Shown here piece by piece: positions 6,170 to 13,841 of a stretch of 29,431 nucleotides of DNA (positions are counted from its first letter, which is position 1; each line of letters starts with the position of its first letter). The stretch is taken from positions 1-29,431 of the IMG/VR virus record IMGVR_UViG_3300025066_000113. One strand, given 5' to 3'. This DNA comes from a virus. Lineage: Duplodnaviria; Caudoviricetes. A model generated the notes under the pieces. That model was not told the DNA's origin. It was given only the letters and a program-made list of their open reading frames with translations, and did no database searches. Both the position numbers and the translations under genes were made by a program.

Positions 6170-7903
6170 TTATGCGCTTACTTTCATTGTTCCGCTATCG
6201 TTCCATAGTTGCCCTGTTACACTTGGGTCTGAAGTAGGTAGATTATACATAAAGACTGTTCCATCATCTTTTACTTCTACATGGTCTGTGCCACTAGAGT
6301 TTTCAATTAGCAAAGATGTTGTTCCTGATGTAGCACCCTGACCTTTAACATGAAGTGTTGCTGATGGATTAGTCCATGTACTTCCAAGATTTATTCCTAA
6401 TTTCGTTGCTCCTGCTGTGGCAAATTCTCCATGCAATAAAATTCTTTGGTAATATCCTAAAACTAATGATGCAGCTTGTGTTGTTGATAACGACTCTCCT
6501 ATAGCTATTTGATAATTTGCCGTTGCAAGAGCATTTGCCGTTGCACCCATTACAATATTATATCTACCTGTTGTAAGTGCTGCTCCTGCACTTCTACCAA
6601 TAAGAATATTAGAAAGACCTGATGTTAAGAGAGTTCCCGTGCCATTTCCCACACACACATTATAATCACCTGATGATAGTTTTGCAATATTTCCTCCACC
6701 TATCAAAACATTATTACCACCTGTATTGCCATAACCACAATTATAGCCAATCATAACATTGTAACTTTGTGTTGATAAGGATTCTCCTGCACTTGTGCCA
6801 ATAGCTATATTGTACCCTCCTGTTGTGATTGACTTTAATGCGCCCCAACCAAAACCATGATTATAACTCCCTGACGTTAATGATTGTAATGCTCTTGCAC
6901 CAAAGGCATAATTTGCTCTGTGGTTGCCTGATAGTGTTCCTGTAACGGCAGCCGCCCCTGAATTTGCACCATTAGAGATAAAAGCATTATATCTATCACT
7001 TGCTGCTCCGTCTGAACTATCAAATACCTTTGCATCAGTTAACCCATCTAAATCTGAAGCTCCACCGCCACCAGAAGCAGCTTTCCATATAGCATTTCCC
7101 GTTGATGTATCTTTTGTTAAGATGTGTTCATCTGTTGCAGCACTAACCGCAGTTAAGGCATCGATAGCTGCTTGTGCCGTTCCTGCTCCTGTGCCTCCAT
7201 TGGCAATAGCTAAATCTGTACCCGACCAATCGCCATCATTAATAGCCAATGTTCCTCCTAAAGTAAGGCTTCCTGAACTTGTTACTGTACCTGTAAGAGT
7301 AACCCCGTTTACTGTTCCTGTTGTTCCTACACTTGTTACTGTGCCAGAGCCACCCGTTGCCGCAATTGTAATATCATCACCACTAGGCGTAATTGTGATA
7401 TTTGTGCCTGCCACCAATGTGACATCATCATCACCACTTCCTGAACCGCCTGCCGTTAGTCTTATAATGGCATCACTACCACTATCAACTGCGCTTATCG
7501 TATACGTTGTATCTGTGCCTGTCGCTACCTGATTCCAGATAGTGTTAAAATAATAAACTGAATCATCACTCTTATCAACTACCCTCATGCCATCAACTGC
7601 CGTTATTGATATCCAGCTAGTGCCGTTAAATTCTACGACATCATATTGTGCAGGAGTATCCCAATCCGCATGAAATGATGAGCCTGTAAGTATATATCTA
7701 TCTCCACTAACTTCAGTAGCTGGCGCAGAGCTTCCAGATACAACGCCAAGAACAGGCTGAAGCCACGATTCCGAAAGCCATTCACTCTCGCCATCATGGT
7801 TCTTCTTCAAATAAGTATTGTTAGATGCAGTTGAAAACCCCTTCGCTTCGTGCAGCTGGCCTTCTGGTAATTGGGAATGTAAGTTCTTTATAGTAATTGC
7901 CAT
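6170..7903 (-). CDS. Tail fibre / receptor-binding protein
   Basis: G/T/S/A-rich; DUF2793-like segment (SAPA...GDRYI...W...F.GTSW); GGTG shaft motifs; ~14-aa YadA-head-like repeats (NIAIG, NVMIG, NVLIG, NILIG); C-terminal LPTSDPSVTGQLWND. Confidence 0.85.
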   Translation of the reverse strand: MAITIKNLHSQLPEGQLHEAKGFSTASNNTYLKKNHDGESEWLSESWLQPVLGVVSGSSAPATEVSGDRYILTGSSFHADWDTPAQYDVVEFNGTSWISITAVDGMRVVDKSDDSVYYFNTIWNQVATGTDTTYTISAVDSGSDAIIRLTAGGSGSGDDDVTLVAGTNITITPSGDDITIAATGGSGTVTSVGTTGTVNGVTLTGTVTSSGSLTLGGTLAINDGDWSGTDLAIANGGTGAGTAQAAIDALTAVSAATDEHILTKDTSTGNAIWKAASGGGGASDLDGLTDAKVFDSSDGAASDRYNAFISNGANSGAAAVTGTLSGNHRANYAFGARALQSLTSGSYNHGFGWGALKSITTGGYNIAIGTSAGESLSTQSYNVMIGYNCGYGNTGGNNVLIGGGNIAKLSSGDYNVCVGNGTGTLLTSGLSNILIGRSAGAALTTGRYNIVMGATANALATANYQIAIGESLSTTQAASLVLGYYQRILLHGEFATAGATKLGINLGSTWTNPSATLHVKGQGATSGTTSLLIENSSGTDHVEVKDDGTVFMYNLPTSDPSVTGQLWNDSGTMKVSA

Positions 7904-7905
7904 AA

Positions 7906-8076
7906 CTATTCTTTTTTGTCTTTATTAAATAATTTCTTTAACCCAATGGCAAGCGTTACTAATAACACCGCTGTATATACATAATCGTTCATGACATTCA
8001 CATCTACCTTATCCAATATCTGTACCGCTGTGCTTCCTGCTACTCCTGATTGAAATGAAAAATCTTCTAACGTCAT
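7906..8076 (-). CDS. Holin-like small membrane protein (56 aa, not in ORF track)
   Basis: MTLEDFSFQSGVAGSTAVQILDKVDVNVMNDYVYTAVLLVTLAIGLKKLFNKDKKE; TM helix followed by a basic tail; fills the gap exactly. Confidence 0.7.
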   Translation of the reverse strand: MTLEDFSFQSGVAGSTAVQILDKVDVNVMNDYVYTAVLLVTLAIGLKKLFNKDKKE

Positions 8077-8078
8077 GA

Positions 8079-8579
8079 TTAATAAGTTATTATTCCATAT
8101 TTAGGTTGGTAATTGTCTGTTCTATTGTAAAGAGGATATTTAGACGAATCATCCTCCTGTTGTTTCTTGATAAAGTAAATCAGCTCTGCCCTTAAATCAT
8201 CGGCATGAGCAAGAATCTGATTCCTTAATGAAGCATAGTCCTCCCTGCTTGATGGGTTAGTAAATTCTTGGTCTAGCGTTACAATGCCAGAGCTGGTAAT
8301 ATTATTTCTTATTATTGGAAAACACTCATAAATGACATAATGCGCCAGCATAGGCTTTATGTAATCATCAATTAATGTTTCATTATCGGTAGTTAAGGTG
8401 CTTGGTGTAGCGTCATTCTGGGTATAAAGCTCTATATAGAAATCTTCATGAAGCAAATCCCTCAAGTACTTCCTCTGAACCATCAATATCTTGTTGTTGA
8501 TTAATGATTCATCAAAATCCTCATTAGGAATTACCTCTGACCTTACTTGCCCTGCCGTCATGAATTTCCCTTCAGCCAT
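8079..8579 (-). CDS. Head-tail adaptor (DUF6712-like)
   Basis: Q..YLRDLL..DFY..L and LIDDYIKPMLAHY pattern; lies near the portal. Confidence 0.65.
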   Translation of the reverse strand: MAEGKFMTAGQVRSEVIPNEDFDESLINNKILMVQRKYLRDLLHEDFYIELYTQNDATPSTLTTDNETLIDDYIKPMLAHYVIYECFPIIRNNITSSGIVTLDQEFTNPSSREDYASLRNQILAHADDLRAELIYFIKKQQEDDSSKYPLYNRTDNYQPKYGIITY

Positions 8580-8929
8580 TAGTCTTTAGCGTTTGCGTAA
8601 ACATTTAGCGTACCTGCCGTATTCGTTCCTTTATTATAAGATACCCTGAACATATGAGCCGTAAAGCCATCATCACTTAATATCTCGCTTCCTGAAGCTG
8701 TTGCCATAGTGTAAGTCTGTGAATCTTCCCAATTCGTGCCATCGATACTCCATTGTGTTTTAATAACCCCATCTGTTGCATCTAACCCACTCCATACCAC
8801 TTGAACCGCTACGTGAGTAAATGTTGAGATGTTATCAGTAAGACTGAAATTTGCCGTTGTCGCTGCACTTGCTGAAGTTGCTATCTGGTCTTTATAAGCT
8901 GCGTTTCCTGTTATTCCTACTTGTGCCAT
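8579..8929 (-). CDS. Virion structural protein (116 aa, beta-rich)
   Basis: TAATG-coupled between portal and adaptor; T/S/A-rich. Confidence 0.7.
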   Translation of the reverse strand: MAQVGITGNAAYKDQIATSASAATTANFSLTDNISTFTHVAVQVVWSGLDATDGVIKTQWSIDGTNWEDSQTYTMATASGSEILSDDGFTAHMFRVSYNKGTNTAGTLNVYANAKD

Positions 8930-10197
8930 TATATTTGTGTTTGTTTAGTTTGTAATACGTCTTTTCCGTCAATAGGTTCAAGTCCTAATAATTGTCTTTG
9001 CTCGTTGATAGTCATTACCTCTGATGGCTGAATAAGTGATGTTACTGATACAGGCGAAGCTGTATGAACATCTAATTTAATATCAAAGCCTGCCTCTTTA
9101 ATAAGAGTATTGAATACCCTCAACAGTTTGTCTTTGTAAGGTCTGATAACGGTGTTGTTGATTATCTCGAATTCGCTCTGCACTTGTTGGGTGCTTCCAA
9201 GCTTTCCTGCCGTTGCTATCCCTGCCAAACTAGGCGTAAATCTATGTGCCGTAATTATGTTCTGTACCGCTAAATCATGAAGCTTCTGAAAATCTCCCTC
9301 CCTGACATTATCAAGAACCTGAATACTAGATTTCTGCTCTTGAGAATCTAACATCTGGAATAGTATCTTTGAATTGTTGCCCTCTCCTGTGAACTTTTCA
9401 ATTATCTTATCAAGATATTGCTGCGCTGTCATGCCCTCTGGTGGTTCTGTGCCGAACAAATCAATGATAGCACTAGGCATAAAGCCATTTTTAAACTTGT
9501 TTACGTTAAAGGTAGGTATAAGATATTCAATATCTACCCATAAGCTAGCTCCGATATGGTCTGGAACGCCATAGTAAAAAAATTCAGGCGAGTAATTTTT
9601 GCAGTAATATATACTATTACTTTCTTTTGAGCCGTAAAAATATGCTGGTATCTTTGTAATCTTTTCTTCTTGCCCTGCCCTAGCATTCTTCTTTATCGCT
9701 GACCAATCAGGACTTATATATACGTTGTTGATTCTGTTATCAGCATCAGCCTTTTCAAGCCTTACTGTTGTGATGTCTTTATGAAAGATAAATTGCTGAC
9801 CACCTGACCTTACCACCTCAACGGCAAAGTTGCCCGTAGTGATTAAATCTCTGGCGCACTTGGTATATACGTCAATAAGACTTTCTTCGTGGTTGTTTAC
9901 GCTATCTAAATAGTCAGAAAGGTTCTTTTCTTTGTCTATTTCAATGATTTCAGAGCCTCTGTGAGCTTTAAAGCCATCACCTACCACATAACCTACCTTT
10001 GATTCTATTAAGGCGTTATGCGTACTTGAACGTTTTGCCCTCTTGGCACAGTCATTAGGAAAGGTATTGTTGTCATCCTTAAAGAACTGAACCCACTCAC
10101 CCCTAAAGTCTTTTTTCTTGTCAGTTTCTACAGGCAGCTTTGGTTGTTGTACTGCCAGACCTACTGCGTTAATACGTTTTTTTCCTCTCGTTGCCAT
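8929..10197 (-). CDS. Portal protein
   Basis: 422 aa; SSTHNALI..K..YV.G.G, D...TGNF, YYGVPD, FKNGFMPS, MTINEQRQLLGL motifs typical of portals. Confidence 0.9.
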   Translation of the reverse strand: MATRGKKRINAVGLAVQQPKLPVETDKKKDFRGEWVQFFKDDNNTFPNDCAKRAKRSSTHNALIESKVGYVVGDGFKAHRGSEIIEIDKEKNLSDYLDSVNNHEESLIDVYTKCARDLITTGNFAVEVVRSGGQQFIFHKDITTVRLEKADADNRINNVYISPDWSAIKKNARAGQEEKITKIPAYFYGSKESNSIYYCKNYSPEFFYYGVPDHIGASLWVDIEYLIPTFNVNKFKNGFMPSAIIDLFGTEPPEGMTAQQYLDKIIEKFTGEGNNSKILFQMLDSQEQKSSIQVLDNVREGDFQKLHDLAVQNIITAHRFTPSLAGIATAGKLGSTQQVQSEFEIINNTVIRPYKDKLLRVFNTLIKEAGFDIKLDVHTASPVSVTSLIQPSEVMTINEQRQLLGLEPIDGKDVLQTKQTQI

Positions 10198-10206
10198 GTG
10201 ATATAT

Positions 10207-10246
10207 AAAAAAAGCCTAAAGATGGCAAAGATACCAACTTTAAGCT
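10207..10246 (-). terminator. Rho-independent terminator after the tail tube gene
   Basis: Minus strand AGCTTAAAGTTGGTA-TCTT-TGCCATCTTTAGGCT followed by a T run; G-U pairs fit the - strand. Confidence 0.75.
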
Positions 10247-10255
10247 AATTAATGT

Positions 10256-10786
10256 CTACTGTTCGAAATCGCCTGCATCCGTTGTATCTCCCGTATACTC
10301 ACGGAATAGCTCGGCTGAAATGCCTACGCCCTTAACAACGTAATGATTTGAATCCTGCAAACCGCTCCCGATAATTTGGTCGACTGTCATGTGAAGCCCT
10401 GCTTTACCATCTAAAATTAAATCCCATCCAATAACGAAGAATTTATCGTTGTAGTCTTCTACGACTATAACCGCTTTACACAAATCCACAACTTCTTGTA
10501 GTTTTGCAGCCTTTTCTTTTGTCATTTTTGGGATAGTAAATTCAACAGAATGGTTTATTACACTAGAACCATTTTCTTTAGAACCCTCTGAAGATACGCT
10601 AAAGGTAAAATCTTCATACTGATACTTATAGAACGTTCCTGATGCAACCACGACATCGGTGAAATTATGACTCGCACCTTCAGTAAATGATGTGATGTTG
10701 GTCACGTCAGTAATCCAGAGCTGCTTCACTCCGCCACGTCTTTGACTATCACCGCAACTTACCGTTAATCCTCCTGATAATGCCAT
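10256..10786 (-). CDS. Major tail (tube) protein, probable
   Basis: 176 aa; N-terminal C...GGVKQLWI pattern; directly after the MCP; flanked by terminators like a highly expressed virion gene. Confidence 0.65.
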   Translation of the reverse strand: MALSGGLTVSCGDSQRRGGVKQLWITDVTNITSFTEGASHNFTDVVVASGTFYKYQYEDFTFSVSSEGSKENGSSVINHSVEFTIPKMTKEKAAKLQEVVDLCKAVIVVEDYNDKFFVIGWDLILDGKAGLHMTVDQIIGSGLQDSNHYVVKGVGISAELFREYTGDTTDAGDFEQ

Positions 10787-10806
10787 TTTATTATTATTTA
10801 ATATTT

Positions 10807-10835
10807 AAAAAATAGGGAGAACCGAAGCCCTCCCT
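10807..10835 (-). terminator. Rho-independent terminator after the MCP
   Basis: Minus strand AGGGAGGGC-TTCG-GTTCTCCCT-ATTTTTT with a cUUCGg tetraloop. Confidence 0.85.
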
Positions 10836-10842
10836 TTATTTA

Positions 10843-11847
10843 CTAGTATGCTGCTGCTACTAACTCGTCAAATACAACTTGCGTACCGAACAAAAATTTA
10901 GATGAGATGTAATATTTCTCGTCTTTCTTTTCGTACCATACTGAAAGCTCTGCGCTAGGGTCGGTAACATCAGTTCCAACGACTAAATTGTCGGGAGTTG
11001 TGATAACGATTGCGTTGCTTCCGATAGTTGCACTATTAGGATTAGCAGATGTATCAGCTAAACTTGCATCCCAAAGTGACATGTCTACTACGGGAATAGA
11101 ACGAAATTTAAGCTGTGATACACCATCTTGGATTCTTTGTAGTCCTGAATCAGTTCCGCTAGCTTCCAATGTAGAAAGTAAGTTGTCATAAACTGAAGAT
11201 GTAACATATGCTACTAAATCACCTTTAATTGAACGCATTGCCGCTGGCATGTTTTCGTATAGGTTTTTAAGAGCTGCATAAGCTCCGTCTGTAGCTAGAA
11301 CGTCAGATGCCTCATATGTGGCTGAACTGTTAAGGTCTAAAAGATAACCACTTCCCCCTAATATCCTTTCGAAGAAACCCTCAAAAGAACCATACATGGA
11401 ATGGCTTGAAGCTGCATCAGAAAACCAAGCTGCTTTAATCAAATCATCCCTCATTCCTCTTGAAACTGCATTGATAACCATATCAGATATGATAGTGCCT
11501 GTAAGGTCAGCTCTATCAACTCCTGACTTCTGCGCTTCACTAAAGATTGTTTGAGTGAAAGAATCCTCACATTGCTCTACATTTATCTTAAGTCGTTGTG
11601 GGTCAATGACTTTGTCGGTGATAGCCACCGTGCCTGATGCTGAAAAACCGCATCCCGTATCACTTTGAATAATATTAGTAAGGCTTCCTACTGTATATAT
11701 ATTCTGTTTCGTCTTTACATCTGACATTACTCTATGCAATTCGAACGGATTTTGTCCGCTTGTTACCGCTGGTGCATAGAAAATCTCTGTAAGTAACTCT
11801 TTTCCCGCATATGTATGAGAGAACGAAGTCGTTAGTGCATTTGCCAT
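10843..11847 (-). CDS. Major capsid protein
   Basis: 334 aa; follows the prohead protease; YAG, CGF..G, NLVVGTD and FGTQ patterns; strong terminator downstream. Confidence 0.85.
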   Translation of the reverse strand: MANALTTSFSHTYAGKELLTEIFYAPAVTSGQNPFELHRVMSDVKTKQNIYTVGSLTNIIQSDTGCGFSASGTVAITDKVIDPQRLKINVEQCEDSFTQTIFSEAQKSGVDRADLTGTIISDMVINAVSRGMRDDLIKAAWFSDAASSHSMYGSFEGFFERILGGSGYLLDLNSSATYEASDVLATDGAYAALKNLYENMPAAMRSIKGDLVAYVTSSVYDNLLSTLEASGTDSGLQRIQDGVSQLKFRSIPVVDMSLWDASLADTSANPNSATIGSNAIVITTPDNLVVGTDVTDPSAELSVWYEKKDEKYYISSKFLFGTQVVFDELVAAAY

Positions 11848-11879
11848 TATAAAAAAATTTAAAGTTTAAAAATAAAAAA

Positions 11880-12911
11880 TTACCATTTTAGCTTTTCAGC
11901 TAATCCATCGAATGGATTGTTTTCTTCAGCTTTCTCTACTAAAGGAGCATCCTCCTCTTTCACTACCACCGTTTCATTGGCTGAAAGTTTTTCAATCTTC
12001 TCATTCAATTCCTTTAAGCTTTCTTCAAAGTTTAATTTCAAGTTCTCGATTTCTGTGTTCTTGGAATTAATCGTTTCAGATTGCTCATTTAGTTGCCATG
12101 TATATAAGTCAGATAATTCTTTAATCTCGGCATTTAAAGTAGCTTCAACCTCTGCTTTGTTCAGGGTTTCAACTGCTTCATCTTCCTTGATGAATAAATT
12201 TTCTATCTTATTAATTACGACATCTATCTTTTCATTGATTTTGTCTAAAGTCATTTTGTCTTGATTTTGATTATGTGAATTGATAAAATTACCTATAACA
12301 TTTTCAGGTAATGCTGGTAAGTTATCCTCATCGATTTTGTTTAGAATAACTTTATTAATTATGTCTTTTGATGGTATATAAGTTTTGTCAATAAAACCCA
12401 ACCTCAAGGCTTCCTCTGCATCCATCCATCTTTCTTCAGCCATAAGCTTTTTAATGGTCGATGCTGCCCTCTTTGTTTTTTTCTTGTAGATATTAATGAG
12501 TAACTCATCTATCTGTCTTAATGATTCTGCTTCGTTCTCCAAATCATCGGCATTGCCTGCTGTCATGGGAGTCCAAACATTGTGTATCAGGAATAATGAA
12601 TTTTCTGACATCAACACCTCTTTTGCTCCCATTGCTATAATAGTAGCACTTGATGCCGTTAAGCCTGTAATCTTTGCCGTTACCTTACCCTCATATGAAG
12701 CTAGATAATCATGTATCTGTAGTGCATCATTAACAGAACCACCTAATGAAGAAATATTAAGAACTAAATCTTTTCCCTTTGCGCTTCTTAATTCTCCAAT
12801 AAAGCCTTCTGCTGATACACCCCAATCGCCAATATCTCCAAAGATATCAACGTGTAGTGTTTCATTTTGATAAGCGAGATTATACCAAGTATCAGTCTTT
12901 GTGCTGTTCAT
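11880..12911 (-). CDS. ClpP-type prohead protease with C-terminal coiled-coil scaffold
   Basis: ISSLGGSV, GLTASSATII (catalytic Ser), FLIHN, ERWMDAEEALRLGFID; acidic coiled-coil tail. ATG 12911 preferred over TTG 12977. Confidence 0.92.
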   Translation of the reverse strand: MNSTKTDTWYNLAYQNETLHVDIFGDIGDWGVSAEGFIGELRSAKGKDLVLNISSLGGSVNDALQIHDYLASYEGKVTAKITGLTASSATIIAMGAKEVLMSENSLFLIHNVWTPMTAGNADDLENEAESLRQIDELLINIYKKKTKRAASTIKKLMAEERWMDAEEALRLGFIDKTYIPSKDIINKVILNKIDEDNLPALPENVIGNFINSHNQNQDKMTLDKINEKIDVVINKIENLFIKEDEAVETLNKAEVEATLNAEIKELSDLYTWQLNEQSETINSKNTEIENLKLNFEESLKELNEKIEKLSANETVVVKEEDAPLVEKAEENNPFDGLAEKLKW

Positions 12912-12979
12912 AGCATAATAATACGCCAAGAACATAAAGAAGTTAGGAAATTTTAAGAGATAAGAAATAATAATCAATT

Positions 12980-13028
12980 CTACGAGGTTTCGTAGTTCCG
13001 TATGTTGTTTCGTAGGAAGATTCGTAGG
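12980..13028. repeat. Intergenic (T)TCGTAG repeat cluster
   Basis: GTTTCGTAG at 12987 and 13007, TTCGTAGG at 13021, CCGTAT at 12998, inverted CTACGA at 12980; followed by a strongly AT-rich tract. Confidence 0.8.
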
Positions 13029-13095
13029 TTAATAAATAAAGAAGAATAATGTATTATAATATACTATTTATATATGTTTCACTTTTTTCGTGTTT

Positions 13096-13425
13096 TTAAA
13101 TCGAATAATCGATATGTTTCTCTAGAAAATATTTAGGCAGATACTTCGTGATGATGTTCTTTATTTGCTTTTCAGATAGCTTATAATCAGCCTCCATAGT
13201 ATAACAAAAGTCATTCATCGTGCCTGATGTATCTAATGTATATTTTTGGTAATCCCTGATGATAGCATAGTTCCTTGCCCTCTCTGTTGGAATGATACCC
13301 CTCTTAATAAGGTAGTAAGTGAAATTCTCAACGTTAGCATTATCCTCAAAGACCTTTTTATAGTCTTTAATAATCTGCCTATTAAATCTATCCATAACAG
13401 TTTTTTTTATTGGTTTGTTTGCCAT
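13096..13425 (-). CDS. Putative DNA-binding protein with Mor-like C-terminal HTH
   Basis: RNYAIIRDY...MEADYKLSEKQIKNII resembles the Mor/C activator HTH (RN..I...Y...LA.KY.LS.RQI..II). Confidence 0.55.
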   Translation of the reverse strand: MANKPIKKTVMDRFNRQIIKDYKKVFEDNANVENFTYYLIKRGIIPTERARNYAIIRDYQKYTLDTSGTMNDFCYTMEADYKLSEKQIKNIITKYLPKYFLEKHIDYSI

Positions 13426-13625
13426 TGCTCAATGAAATTTATTGCATATTTTAAAATCTTCGCCCTATCTCCTGAACACGAAAAGCATACACCAGCTCTG
13501 GGATTCATCTTCTTATAGAATTGCAGCAATCTTATCAGGCTATCTCTGTCAGGCATAAAGAGGCTGTTCTGCACTTTTCTGACTGCATCCTTAATCTCTA
13601 AATATTCAAATTCATCTATCTCCAT
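13407..13625 (-). CDS. Hypothetical protein with CxxC
   Basis: CFSC motif; ATG 13625 or 13640. Confidence 0.7.
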   Translation of the reverse strand: MEIDEFEYLEIKDAVRKVQNSLFMPDRDSLIRLLQFYKKMNPRAGVCFSCSGDRAKILKYAINFIEQWQTNQ

Positions 13626-13810
13626 TCCTCTAGTGGGCATATTTCAAATAACAGTCTGCACTTTTTATGTATAAGACAACCACATTTTCCGCAGATATCG
13701 TTTGATTTTGATAAGCCAAACAGATTGAGAAAGCTGGAAGCTCTCCGTTCTCTACACTTAAAACAAATTGCCATCCTCCTTTCATACTTCTTTTTACTTA
13801 CTTTGGGCAT
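13616..13810 (-). CDS. Cys-rich small protein (DUF6171-like)
   Basis: RMAICFKC...CGKCGC...K......CP...W; ATG 13810 preferred. Confidence 0.7.
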   Translation of the reverse strand: MPKVSKKKYERRMAICFKCRERRASSFLNLFGLSKSNDICGKCGCLIHKKCRLLFEICPLEEWR

Positions 13811-13841
13811 ATAAAAATACAAAATAAGATTATATGCTCCC

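Noticed and set aside
6170-7000. Possible DGR target or invertible tail fibre
   Set aside because: No reverse transcriptase, template repeat, invertase or flanking inverted repeats seen; the repeats are protein-level.
6924-7532. 202-aa + strand ORF
   Set aside because: Antisense shadow of the G/T/A-rich tail fibre (P/V/A-rich mirror composition).
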